A DNA stretch of 64,000 nt from Bugula neritina (lineage: Eukaryota; Animalia; Bryozoa), in contig OZ037771.1 in the NCBI GenBank assembly GCA_964035545.1, positions 9,676,480 through 9,740,479 of the forward strand, given 5' to 3'. The notes below the pieces were generated by a model. The model did not search any database, was not told the origin of the DNA, and saw only the letters and a list, made by a program, of their open reading frames with translations. The position numbers and the translations under genes are program-made. Shown here piece after piece: positions 11,961 through 28,700 of the stretch (the first letter of the stretch is position 1; the number at the start of each line of letters is the position of its first letter).

Positions 11961-14900
11961 AACATACTGATATTTACTGCAACACACTGAAATATACTGC
12001 AACATACTGAAATACACTGTAAAATACCAAAATAAACTGCAACATACTGCAACATACTGAAATACACTGTAACATACTAAAATACACTGCAACATTCTGT
12101 AACATTCTTCAACATACAGAAATACACTGTAACATAATGAAATACACTGCAACACATTGAAGTATACCGCAACACACTGGAACATACTGCAACACATCCA
12201 AGTACATCGTAATATACGGAGATGTACTGTAACATACTGAAACATACTGAAACAAACTGAAACAAATGGAAATATACTGTAACACACTGATTAATACAGC
12301 AAAACGCTGAAATATACTGTAACACAGTGAAGTATACTGCAAAATTCTGGAACATGCAGTAACATACTAAAACATGAGCAATATACTGAAAAACGCCTCA
12401 ACATACTCAAATATACTGCAAGATACTGCAACATACGTATATGCACTGTAACATACTGAAATATAGTGCAACATACTGCAACATACTGAAATACACCGTA
12501 ACAAACTGAAATACACTGCAACACATTGGAATATACTGCAACATACCCAAATATATTGTAATATACTGAATTATACTGAAATACACTGTAACACATTGAA
12601 AAATACTGCAACATACTGAAAGACACTTCAACTCGCTGAAGTATAGTGTAATATACGGAAATGCACTGTAACATACTGATATTTACTGTAACACACTGAA
12701 ATATACTGCAACATACTGAAATACACTGTAACATACCGAAATAAACTGCAACATACTGAATTACACTGTAACGTATTAAAATACAGTGCAACATTCTGCA
12801 ACATACTTCAACATACGGAAATAGACTGTAACATAATGAAATACACTGCAAGATACTGCAACATACTGAAGTACACTGTAAAATATTGAAATACACTGCA
12901 TCACATTGGAATATACTGCAACACACTGAAATATGCTGCAACATCCTGAAATATACTGCAACATACTGCAACATACTGAAATGCACTGTAATATACTAAA
13001 ATACACTGCAACATACTAAAATACACTGCAACATTCTGCAACATACTTCAACATACTGAAATAGACTGTAACATAATGAAATACACTGCAACATACTGCA
13101 TTATGCTGAAGTACACTCTAAAATATTGAAATACAACGCAACACATTGGAATATACTGCAACACACTGAAATATACTGCAACATACTGGAATATACTGCG
13201 ACATACTGCAACATACTGAAATACACTGTAACATACTGCAACATACTGAAATACACTGTAACAAACTGAAATACGCTGCAACACATTGGAATATACTGCA
13301 ACATACCCAAATATATGGTAATATACTGATATATACTGCAACATACCGCAACATACTGAAAAACACTGTAACAAACTGAAATACGCTGCAACACATGGGA
13401 ATATACTGCAACATACCCAAATATATTGTAATATACTGAATTATACTGAAATACACTGTAACACATTGAAAAATACTGCAACATACTGAAAGACACTTCA
13501 ACTCACTGAAGTATAGTGTAATATACGGAAATGCACTGTAACATACTGATATTTACTGTAACACACTGAAATATACTGCAACATACTGAAATACACTGCA
13601 ACATTCCGAAATAAGCTGAAACATACCGCAACATACTGAAATACACTGTAAAATACTAAAATACACTGCAACCTACTAAAATACACTGCAACATTCTGCA
13701 ACATACTTCAACATACTGAAATACGCTGTAACATAATGAAATACACTGCAACACATTGAAATATACTGCAACAAACTGAAATAGACTGCAACATACTGAA
13801 ATGTACTGCAACATACTTAAATACACTGCAACATATCGAAGAATATAGTAATATGCGGACATGTACTGTAACATACTGAAACACACTGAAACATACTGAG
13901 ACATACTGAAACATACTTCAACACACTGAAATATACTAAAACATACTGAAATATACTGAAACATACAGCAACATACTGAAATACACCGTAAAAAACTGAA
14001 ATACACTGCAACACATTGGAATATACTGCAACATACCCAAGTATATGGTAATATACTGAAATTTACTGCAACATACCGCAACGTTCTGAAAAACACTGCA
14101 ACAAACTGAAATACGCTGCAACACATTGGAACATACTGCAACATACCAAAATAAATGGTAATATACTGAAATATACTGACATACACTGTAACACATTGAA
14201 AAACACTGCAACATACTGAAATACACTGTAACATACCAAAAAAAACTGCAACATACTGCAACATACTGAAATACACTGTAACATATTAAAATACTGTGCA
14301 ACATTCTGCAACATTCTTCAACATACTGAAAGACACTGTAACATAATGAATTACACTGCAACACATTGAAATAAACCGCATCACACTGGAATACACTGCA
14401 ACACATCCAAGTACATGGTATTCTACGGACATGTACTGTAACATACTGAAACATACTGAAACATACTGCAACATTCTGAAGTACACTGTAAAATATTGAA
14501 ATACAATGCAACACATTGGGATATACTGCAACACACTGAAATTTACTGCAACATACTGAAATATACTGCAACATCCTGCAACAAACTGAAGTACACTGTA
14601 ACATACTGATATTTACTGCAACACACTGAAATATACTGCAACATACTGAAATACACTGTAACATACCAAAATAAACTGAAACATACTGCAACATACTGAA
14701 ATACACTGTAACATACCAAAATAAACTGAAACATACTGCAACATACTGAAATACACTGTAACATACAGAAATACACTGTAACATATTGAAATACACTGCA
14801 ACATACTGCAACATACTGAAGTACACTGTAAAATATTGAAATACATTGCAACACATTGGAATATACTGCAACACACTGAAATATACTGCAACATACTGAA

Positions 14901-17900
14901 ATATACTGCAACATACTGCAACATACTGAAATACACTGAAACATACTGCAACATACTGAAGTACACTGTAAAATATTGAAATACACTGCAACACATTGGA
15001 ATATACTGCAACATACCCAAATAACTGGTAATATACTGAAGTATACTGAAATACACTGTAACACATTGAAAAAGACTGCAACATACTGAAAGACACTACA
15101 ACTCACTGAAGTATAGTGTATTATACGGAAATGTACTGTAACATACTGATATTTACTGCAACACACTGAAATATACTGCAACATACTGAAATACACTGTA
15201 AAATACCAAAATAAACTGCAAAATACTGCAACATACTGAAATACACTGTAACATACTAAAATACACTGCAACATTCTGTAACATTCTTCAACATACTCAA
15301 ATACACTGTAACATAATGAAATACACTGCAACACATTGAAGTATACCGCAACACACTGGAACATACTGCAACACATCCAAGTACATCGTAATATACGGAG
15401 ATGTACTGTAACATACTGAAACATACTGAAACAAACTGAAACAAATGGAAATATACTGTAACACACTGATTAATACAGCAAAACGCTGAAATATACTGTA
15501 ACACAGTGAAGTATACTGCAAAATTCTGGAACATGCTGTAACATACTAAAACATGAGCAATATACTGAAAAACGCCTCAACATACTCAAATATACTGCAA
15601 GATACTGCAACATACGTATATGCACTGTAACATACTGAAATATAGTGCAACATACTGCAACATACTGAAATACACCGTAACAAACTGAAATACACTGCAA
15701 CACATTGGAATATACTGCAACATACCCAAATATATTGTAATATACTGAATTATACTGAAATACACTGTAACACATTGAAAAATACTGCAACATACTGAAA
15801 GACACTTCAACTCACTGAAGTATAGTGTAATATACGGAAATGCACTGTAACATACTGATATTTACTGTAACACACTGAAATATACTGCAACATACTGAAA
15901 TACACTGTAACATACCGAAATAAACTGCAACATACTGAATTACACTGTAACGTATTAAAATACAGTGCAACATTCTGCAACATACTTCAACATACGGAAA
16001 TAGACTGTAACATAATGAAATACACTGCAACATACTGCAACATACTGAAGTACACTGTAAAATATTGAAATACACTGCATCACATTGGAATATACTGCAA
16101 CACACTGAAATATGCTGCAACATACTGAAATATACTGCAACATACTGCAACATACTGAAATGCACTGTAATATACTAAAATACACTGCAACATACTAAAA
16201 TACACTGCAACATTCTGCAACATACTTCAACATACTGAAATAGACTGTAACATAATGAAATACACTGCAACATACTGCATTATGCTGAAGTACACTCTAA
16301 AATATTGAAATACAACGCAACACATTGGAATATACTGCAACACACTGAAATATACTGCAACATACTGGAATATACTGCGACATACTGCAACATACTGAAA
16401 TACACTGTAACATACTGCAACATACTGAAATACACTGTAACAAACTGAAATACGCTGCAACACATTGGAATATACTGCAACATACCCAAATATATGGTAA
16501 TATGCTGATATATACTGCAACATACCGCAACATACTGAAAAACACTGTAACAAACTGAAATACGCTGCAACACATGGGAATATACTGCAACATACCCAAA
16601 TAACTGGTAATATACTGAAATATACTTAAATACACTGTAACACATTAAAAAATATTGCAACATACTGAAAGACACTACAACTCACTGAAGTACAGTGCAA
16701 TATACAGAAATGTACTGTAACATACTGATATTTACTGTAACACACTGAAATATACTGCAACATACTGAAATACACTGCAACATTCCGAAATAAGCTGAAA
16801 CATACCGCAACATACTGAAATACACTGTAAAATACTAAAATACACTGCAACCTACTAAAATACACTGCAACATTCTGCAACATACTTCAACATACTGAAA
16901 TACGCTGTAACATAATGAAATACACTGCAACACATTGAAATATACTGCAACAAACTGAAATAGACTGCAACATACTGAAATGTACTGCAACATACTTAAA
17001 TACACTGCAACATATCGAAGAATATAGTAATATGCGGACATGTACTGTAACATACTGAAACACACTGAAACATACTGAGACATACTGAAACATACTTCAA
17101 CACACTGAAATATACTAAAACATACTGAAATATACTGAAACATACAGCAACATACTGAAATACACCGTAAAAAACTGAAATACACTGCAACACATTGGAA
17201 TATACTGCAACATACCCAAGTATATGGTAATATACTGAAATTTACTGCAACATACCGCAACGTTCTGAAAAACACTGCAACAAACTGAAATACGCTGCAA
17301 CACATTGGAACATACTGCAACATACCAAAATAAATGGTAATATACTGAAATATACTGACATACACTGTAACACATTGAAAAACACTGCAACATACTGAAA
17401 TACACTGTAACATACCAAAAAAAACTGCAACATACTGCAACATACTGAAATACACTGTAACATATTAAAATACTGTGCAACATTCTGCAACATTCTTCAA
17501 CATACTGAAAGACACTGTAACATAATGAATTACACTGCAACACATTGAAATAAACCGCATCACACTGGAATACACTGCAACACATCCAAGTACATGGTAT
17601 TCTACGGACATGTACTGTAACATACTGAAACATACTGAAACATACTGCAACATTCTGAAGTACACTGTAAAATATTGAAATACAATGCAACACATTGGGA
17701 TATACTGCAACACACTGAAATTTACTGCAACATACTGAAATATACTGCAACATCCTGCAACAAACTGAAGTACACTGTAACATACTGATATTTACTGCAA
17801 CACACTGAAATATACTGCAACATACTGAAATACACTGTAACATACCAAAATAAACTGAAACATACTGCAACATACTGAAATACACTGTAACATACCAAAA

Positions 17901-18378
17901 TAAACTGAAACATACTGCAACATACTGAAATACACTGTAACATACAGAAATACACTGTAACATATTGAAATACACTGCAACATACTGCAACATACTGAAG
18001 TACACTGTAAAATATTGAAATACATTGCAACACATTGGAATATACTGCAACACACTGAAATATACTGCAACATACTGAAATATACTGCAACATACTGCAA
18101 CATACTGAAATACACTGAAACATACTGCAACATACTGAAGTACACTGTAAAATATTGAAATACACTGCAACACATTGGAATATACTGCAACATACCCAAA
18201 TAACTGGTAATATACTGAAGTATACTGAAATACACTGTAACACATTGAAAAAGACTGCAACATACTGAAAGACACTACAACTCACTGAAGTATAGTGTAT
18301 TATACGGAAATGTACTGTAACATACTGATATTTACTGCAACACACTGAAATATACTGCAACATACTGAAATACACTGT
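11961..18378 (-). repeat. 3179-bp tandem duplication (~11961-15199 and ~15140-18378)
   Basis: ORF pairs at offset 3179: 12077/15256, 13048/16227, 13656/16835, 13936/17115, 14613/17792. Several translations are identical. Confidence 0.94.
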
Positions 18379-21300
18379 AACATACCAAAAAAAACTACAA
18401 CATACTGCAACATACTGAAATACACTGTAACATACTAAAATACACTGCAACATTCTGCAACATTCTTCTACATACTGAAATACACTGTAACATAATGAAA
18501 TACACTGCAACACATTGAAATATACCGCAACACACTGGAATATACTGCAACACATCCAAGTACATCGTAATATACGGACATGTACTGTAACATACTGAAA
18601 CATACTGAAACAAACTGCAACATTCTGAAGTACACTGTAAAATATTGAAATACAATGCAACACATTGGAATATACTGCAACACACTGAAATTTACTGCAA
18701 CATACTGAAATACACTGTAACATACTGCAACATACTGAAATACACTGTAGCAAACTGAAATACACTGCAACACATTGGAATATACTGCAACATACCCAAA
18801 TATATGGTAACATAATGAAATACCCTGCAACATACTGCAACATACTGAAGTACACTGTAAAATATTGAAATACACTGCAACACATTGGAATATACTGCAA
18901 CATACCCAAATAACTGGTAATATACTGAAGTATACTGAAATACACTGTAACACATTGAAAAAGACTGCAACATACTGAAAGACACTACAACTCACTGAAG
19001 TATAGTGTATTATACGGAAATGTACTGTAACATACTGATATTTACTGCAACACACTGAAATATACTGCAACACATCCAAGTACATCGTAATATACGGACA
19101 TGTACTGTAACATACTGCAACATTCTGAAGTACACTGTAAAATATTGAAATACAATGCAACACATTGGAATATACTGCAACACACTGAAATTTACTGCAA
19201 CATACTGAAATATACTGCAACATCCTGCAACATACTGAAATACACTGCAACATACTGAAATACACTGTAACATACCAAAAAAACTGCAACATACTGCAAC
19301 ATACTGAAATACACTGTAACATATTAAAATACTGTGCAACATTCTGCAACATTCTTCAACATACTGAAAGACACTGCAACATAATGAAATACACTGCAAC
19401 ACATTGAAATATACCGCATCACACTGGAAAATACTGCAACACATCCAAGTACATGGTATTCTACGGACATGTACTGTAACATGCTGAAACATACTGAAAC
19501 ATACTGCAACATTCTGAAGTACACTGTAAAATATTGAAACACAATGCAACACATTGGAATATACTGCAACACACTGAAATTTACTGCAACATACTGAAAT
19601 ATACTGAAACATACTGCAACATACTGAAATACACTGTAACATACTGTAACATACCGAAATACACTGCAACAAACTACAACATACTGAAGTACACTGTACA
19701 TATTGAAAAACACTGCACTTGACTGAAATATACTGCAACACACTGAAATATACTGCAAAATACTGAAACATACTTCAACATACTGCAACATACTGAAGTA
19801 CACTGTAAAATATTGAAATACACTGCAACACATTGGAATATACTGCAACATACCCAAATAACTGGTAATATACTGAAGTATACTGAAATACACTGTAACA
19901 CATTGAAAAAGACTGCAACATACTGAAAGACACTACAACTCACTGAAGTATAGTGTATTATACGGAAATGTACTGCAACTTACTGATATTTACTGCAACA
20001 CACTGAAATATACTGCAACATACTGAAATACACTGTAACATACCAAAATAAACTGCAACATACTGCAACATACTGAAATACACTGTAACATACTAAAACA
20101 CACTGCAACATTCTGCAACATTCTTCTACATACTGAAAGACACTGTAACATAATGAAATACACTGCAACACATTGAAGTATACCGCAACACACTGGAATA
20201 TACTGCAACACATCCAAGAACATCGTAATATACGGACATGTACTGTAACATACTGAAATACACTGCAACAAACTACAACATACTGAAGTACACTGTACAT
20301 ATTGAAAAACACTGCAACACACTGAAATATACTGCAACACACTGAAATATACTGCAAAATACTGAAACATACCTCAACATACTGCAACATACTGAAAGAC
20401 ACTACAACTCAATGAAGTATAGTGCAATATACAGAAATGTACTGTCACTTACTGATATTTAATGTTACACATTGAAATATACTGCAACATACTGAAATGC
20501 ACTGTAACATACCGAAATAAGCTGCAACATACTGCAACATACTGAAATACACTGTAACATGATGAAATACACTGCAACACATTGAAATATACTGCAACAA
20601 AATGAAATATACTGCAACATACTGAAATGTACTGCAACATAGTGAAATACATTGCAACATTTTGAAGTATATCGTAATATACAGACATGTACTGCAACAT
20701 ACTGAAATACACTGTAATATACTAAAATACACTGCAACATACTTAAATACACTTCAACATTCTGCAACATATTTCAACATACTGAAATAGACTGTAACAT
20801 AATGAAATACACTGCAACATACTGCATTATACTGAAGTACACTGTAAAAGATTGAAGTACATTGCAACACATTGGAATATACTGCAACACACTGAAATAT
20901 ACCGCAACATACTGAAATATACTGCAACATACTGCAACATACTGCAATACACTGTAACATACTGCAACATACCCAAATATATGGTAATATACTGAAATGT
21001 ACTGCAACATACCGCAACATACTGAGAAACGCTGTAACAAACTGAAATATGCTGCAACACATTGGGATATACGGCAACATACCCAAAGAACTGGTAATAT
21101 ACTGAAATATACTGAAATACACTGTAACACATTCAAATATATTGCAACATACTGAAACACACTACAACTCACTGAGGTATAGTGCAATATACAAAAATGT
21201 ACTGTAACATACTGATATTTACTGTAACACACTGAAATATACTGCAACATACTGAAATACACTTTAACATTCGGAAATAAGCTGCAACATACTGCAACAT

Positions 21301-22774
21301 ACTGAAATACACTGTAACATACTAAAATACACGGAAACATACTAAAATACACTACAACATTCTGCAACATACTTCAACATACTGAAATACACTGTAACAT
21401 AATGAAATACACTGCAGCACATTGAAATATACTGCAACATACTGAAATGTACTGCAACATACTGAAATACACTGCAACATATTGAAGTATATTGTAATAT
21501 GCGGACATGCACTGTAACATACTGAAACACACTGAAACATACTGAAACATAATGAAACATACTTCAACACACTGAAATATACTAAAACATACTGAAATAT
21601 ACTGCAACATACTGCAACATACTGAAATACACTGTAACATACTGCAACATACTGAAATACACTGTAGCAAACTGAAATACACTGCAACACATTGGAATAT
21701 ACTGCAACATACCCAAATATATGGTAACATAATGAAATACCCTGCAACATACTGCAACATACTGAAGTACACTGTAAAATATTTAAATACACTGCAACAC
21801 ATTGGAATATACTGCAACATACCCAAATAACTGGTAATATACTGAAGTATACTGAAATACACTGTAACACATTGAAAAAGACTGCAACACACTGAAAGAC
21901 ACTACAACTCACTGAAGTATAGTGTATTATACGGAAATATACTGCAACTTACTGATATTTACTGCAACACACTGAAATATACTGCAACATACTGAAATAC
22001 ACTGTAACATATCAAAATAAACTGCAACATACTGCAACATACTGAAATACACTGTAACATACTAAAATACACTGCAACATTCTGCAACATTCTTCTACAT
22101 ACTGAAAGACACTGTAACATAATGAAATACACTGCAACACATTGAAGTATACCGCAACACACTGGAATATACTGCAACACATCCAAGTACATCGTAATAT
22201 ACGGACATGTACTGTAACATACCGAAATACACTGCAACAAACTACAACATACTGAAGTACACTGTACATATTGAAAAACACTGCAACACACTGAAATATA
22301 CTGCAACACACTGAAATATACTGCAAAATACTGAAACATACCTCAACATACTGCAACATACTGAAAGACACTACAACTCAATGAAGTATAGTGCAATATA
22401 CAGAAATGTACTGTAACTTACTGATATTTAATGTTACACACTGAAATATACTGCAACATACCCAAAGAACTGGTAATATACTGAAATATACTGAAATACA
22501 CTGTAACACATTGAAATATATTGCAACATACTGAAACACACTACAACTCACTGAGGTATAGTGCAATATACAAAAATGTACTGTAACATACTGATATTTA
22601 CTGTAACACACTGAAATATACTGCAACATGCTGAAATACACTTTAACATTCGGAAAAAAGCTGCAACATACTGCAACATACTGAAATACACTGTAACATA
22701 CTAAAATACACAGAAACATACTAAAATACACTACAACATTCTGCAACATACTTCAACATACTGAAATACACTGT

Positions 22775-25700
22775 AACATATTGAAGTATATTGTAATATG
22801 CGGACATGTACTGTAACATACTGAAACACACTGAAACATACTGAAACATACTGAAACATACTTCAACACACTGAAATATACTAAAACATACTGAAATATA
22901 CTGCAACATACTGCAACATACTGAAATACTCCGTAAAAAACTGAAATACACTGCAACACATTGGAATATACTGCAACATACCCAAGTATTTGGTTATATA
23001 CTGAAATATACTGCAACATACCGCAACGTTCTGAAAAACACTGTAACAAACTGAAATACGCTGCAAGACATTGGAACATACTGCAACATACCCAAATAAA
23101 TGGTAATATACTGTAATACACTGACATACACTGTAACACATTGAAAAACACTGCAACATACTGAAATACACTGTAACATACCAAAAAAACTGCAACATAC
23201 TGCAACATACTGAAATACACTGTAACATATTAAAATATTGTGCAACATTCTGCAACATTCTTCAACATACTGAAAGACACTGTAACATAATGAAATACAC
23301 TGCAACACATTGAAATATACCGCATCACACTGGAATATACTGCAACACATCCAAGTACATCGTGATCTACGGACATGTACTGTAACATACTGAAACATAA
23401 TGAAACGTACTGCAACATTCTGAAGTACACTGTAAAATATTGAAATACAATGCAACACATTGGGATATACTGCAACACACTGAAACTTACTGCAACATAC
23501 TGAAATATACTGCAACATACTGCAACATACTGAAAAACACTGTAACATACTGTAACATACTGAAATACACTGCAACAAACTGCAACATACCGAAGTGCAC
23601 TGTACATATTGAAAAACACTGCAACACACTTAAATATACTGCAACACGCTGAGATATAATGCAAAACACTGAAATATACTTCAACATACTGCAACATACT
23701 GAAAAACACTACAACTCACTGAAGTATAGTGCAATATACAGAAATGTACTCTAACATACTGATATTTAATGTTACACACTAAAATATACTGCAACATACT
23801 GAAATACACTGTAACATACCTAAATAAGCTGCAACATACTGCAACATACTGAAATACACTGTAACATGATGAAATACACTGCAACACATTGAAATATATT
23901 GCAACAAACTGAAATACATTGCAACATATCGAAGTATATCGTAATATACGGACATGTACTGTAACATACTGAAACACACTGAAACATACTGAAACATACT
24001 GAAGCATACTTCAACATACTGAAACACACTGTAACATAATGAAATACACTGCAACATACTGCAACATACCAAAGTCCACTGTAAAATATTGAAATACAAT
24101 GCAACACATTGGGATATACTGCAACACACTGAAATTTACTGCAACATACTGAAGTATACTGCAACATCCTGCAACAAACTGAAGTACACTGTAACATACT
24201 GATATTTACTGCAACACACTGAAATATACTGCAACATACTGAAATACACTGTAACATACCAAAATAAACTGAAACATACTGCAACATACTGAAATACACT
24301 GTAACATACCAAAATAAACTGAAACATACTGCAACATACTGAAATACACTGTAACATACCAAAATAAACTGAAACATACTGCAACATACTGAAATACACT
24401 GTAACATACTGAAATACACTGTAAAATATTGAAATACACTGCAACACATTGGAATATACTGCAACACACTGAAATATACTGCAACATACCGAAATATACT
24501 GCAACATACTGCAACATAATGAAATACACTGCAACACATTGAAGTATACCGCACCACACTGGAATATACTGCAACACATCCAAGAACATCGTAATATACG
24601 GACATGTACTGTAACATACTGAAATACACTGCAACAAACTACAACATACTGAAGTACACTGTACATATTGAAAAACACTGCAACACACTGAAATATACTG
24701 CAACACACTGAAATATACTGCAAAATACTCAAACACACCTCAACATACTGCAACATACTGAAAGACACTACAACTCAATGAAGTATTGTGCAATATACAG
24801 AAATATACTGTCACTTACTGATATTTAATGTTACACACTGAAATATACTGCAACATACTGAAATACACTGTAACATACCGAAATAAGCTGCAACATACTG
24901 CAACATACTGAAATACACTGTAACATGATGAAATACACTGCAACACATTGAAATATACTGCAACAAAATGAAATATACTGCAACATACTGAAATGTACTG
25001 CAACATAGTGAAATACATTGCAACGTTTCGAAGTATATCGTAATATACGGACATGTACTGCAACATACTGAAATACACTGTAATATACTAAAATACACTG
25101 CAACATACTTAAATACACTTCAAAATTCTGCAACATATTTCAACATACTGAAATAGACTGTAACATAATGAAATACACTGCAGCACATTGAAATATACTG
25201 CAACATACTGAAATGTACTGCAACATACTGAAATACACTGCAACATATTGAAGTATATTGTAATATGCGGACATGTACTGTAACATACTGAAACACACTG
25301 AAACATACTGAAACATACTGAAACATACTTCAACACACTGAAATATACTAAAACATACTGAAATATACTGCAACATACTGCAACATACTGAAATACACTG
25401 TAACATACTGCAACATACTGAAATACACTGTAGCAAACTGAAATACACTGCAACACATTGGAATATACTGCAACATGCCCAAATATATGGTAACATAATG
25501 AAATACCCTGCAACATACTGCAACACACTGAAGTACACTGTAAAATATTGAAATACACTGCAACACATTGGAATATACTGCAACATACCCAAATAACTGG
25601 TAATATACTGAAGTATACTGAAAAACACTGTAACACATTGAAAAAAACCGCAACATACTGAAAGACACTACAACTCATTGAAGTATAGTGTATTATACGG

Positions 25701-28700
25701 AAATGTACTGTAAAATACTGATATTTACTGCAACACACTGAAATATACTGCAACATACCGAAATACACTGTAACATACCAAAAAAAACTGCAACATACTG
25801 CAACATACTGAAATACACAGTAACATACTAAAATACACTGCAACATTCTGCAACATTCTTCTACATACTGAAAGACACTGTAACATAATGAAATAGACTG
25901 CAACACATTGAAATATACTGCAACACATCCAAGTACATCGTAATATACGGACATGTACTGTAACATACTGAAACATACTGAAACAAACTGCAACATTCTG
26001 AAGTACACTGTAAAATATTGAAATACAATGCAACACATTGGAATATACTGCAACACACTGAAATTTACTGCAACATACTGAAATATACTGCAACATACTG
26101 CAACATACTGAAATACATTGTAAAATACTGTAACATACCGAAATACACTGCAACAAACTACAACATACTGAAGTACACTGTACATATTGAAAAACACTGC
26201 AACGCACTGAAATATACAGCAACACACTGAAATATACTGCAAAATACTGAAACATACTTCAACATACTGCAACATACTGAAAGACACTGCAACTCAATGA
26301 AGTATAGTGCAATATACAGAAATGTACTGTAACTTACTGATATTTAATGTTACACACTGAAATATACTGCAACATACTGAAATACAGTGTAACATACCGA
26401 AATAAGCTGCAACATACTGCAACATACTGAAATACACTGTAACATGATGAAATACACTGCAACACATTGAAATATACTGCAACAAAATGAAATATACTGC
26501 AACATACTGAAATGTACTGCAACATAGGGAAATACATTGCAACATTTTGAAGTATATCGTAATATACGGACATGTACTGCAACATACTGAAATACACTGT
26601 AATATACTAAAATACACTGCAACATACTTAAATACACTTCAACATTCTGCAACATATTTCAACATACTGAAATAAACTGTAACATAATGAAATACACTGC
26701 AACATACTGCATTATACTGAAGTACACTGTAAAAGATTGAAGTACATTGCAACACATTGGAATATACTGCAACACACTGAAATATACCGCAACATACTGA
26801 AATATACTGCAACATACTGCAACATACTGAAATACACTGTAACATACTGCAAAATACGGAAATACACTGTAACAAACTGAAATACACTGCAACACATTGG
26901 AATATACTGCAACATACCCAAATATATGGTAATATACTGAAATATACTGCAACATACCGTAACATACTGAGAAACACTGTAACAAACTGAAATATGCTGC
27001 AACACATTGGAATATACGGCAACATACCCAAAGAACTGGTAATATACTGAAATATGCTGAAATACACTGTAACGCATTGAAATATATTGCAACATACTGA
27101 AACACACTACAACTCACTGAGGTATAGTGCAATATACAAAAATGTGCTGTAACATACTGATATTTACTGTAACACACTGAAATATACTCCAACATACTGA
27201 AATACACTGTAACATTCGGAAATAAGCTGCAACATACTGCAACATACTGAAATACACTGTAACATACTAAAATACACTGCAACATACTAAAATACACTGC
27301 AACATTCTGCAACATACTTCAACATACTGAAATACACTGTAACATAAAGAAATACACTGCAGCACATTGAAATATACTGCAACATACTGAAATGCACTGC
27401 AACATACTGAAATACACTGCAACATATTGAAGTATATTGTAATATGCGGACATGTACTGTAACATACTGAAACACACTGAAACATACTGAAACATACTGA
27501 AACATACTTCAACACACTGAAATATACTAAAACATACTGAAATATACTGCAACATACTGCAACATACTGAAATACACCGTAAAAAACTGAAATACACTGC
27601 AACACATTGGAATATACTGCAACATACCCAAGTATATGGTTATATACTGAAATATACTGCAACATACAGCAACGTTCTGAAAAACACTGTAACAAACTGA
27701 AATACGCTGCAAGACATTGGAACATACTGCAACATACCCAAATAAATGGTAATATACTGTAATACACTGACATACACTGTAACACATTGAAAAACACGGC
27801 AACATACTGAAATACACTGTAACATACCAAAAAACACTGCAACATACTGCAACATATTGAAATACACTGTAACATATTAAAATACTGTGCAACATTCTGC
27901 AACATTCTTCAACATACTGAAAGACACTGTAACATAATGAAATACACTGCAACACATTGAAATATACCGCATCACACTGGAATATACTGCAACACATCCA
28001 AGTACATCGTAATCTACGGACATGTACTGTAACATACTGAAACATAATGAAACATACTGCAACATTCTGAAGTACACTGTAAAATATTGAAATACAATGC
28101 AACACATTGGGATATACTGCAACACACTGAAATTTACTGCAACATACTGAAATATACTGCAACATACTGCAACATACTGAAAGACACTGTAACATACTGT
28201 AACATACTGAAATACACTGCAACAAACTGCAACATACTGAAGTGCACTGTACATATTGAAAAACACTGCAACACACTTAAATATACTGCAACACGCTGAG
28301 ATATAATGCAAAACACTGAAATATACTTCAACATACTGCAACATACTGAAAAACACTGCAACTCACTGAAGTATAGTGCAATATACAGAAATGTACTCTA
28401 ACATACTGATATTTAATGTTACACACTAAAATATACTGCAACATACTGAAACACACTGTAACATACCTAAATAAGCTGCAACATACTGCAACATACTGAA
28501 ATACACTGTAACATGATGAAATACACTGCAACACATTGAAATATATTGCAACAAACTGAAATACATTGCAACATATCGAAGTATATCGTAATATACGGAC
28601 ATGTACTGTAACATACTGAAACACACTGAAACATACTGAAACATACTGAAGCATACTTCAACATACTGAAACACACTGTAACATAATGAAATACACTGCA

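Larger units (their letters stand above)
7066..13800. repeat. 3393-bp tandem duplication spanning the inversion junction (7066-10458, then 10459-~13800)
   Basis: ORF pairs at offset 3393: 7442/10835, 7575/10968, 8086/11479, 8684/12077, 9014/12407. The offset becomes 3433 after a 40-bp indel (9343/12776, 9615/13048). Confidence 0.95.
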
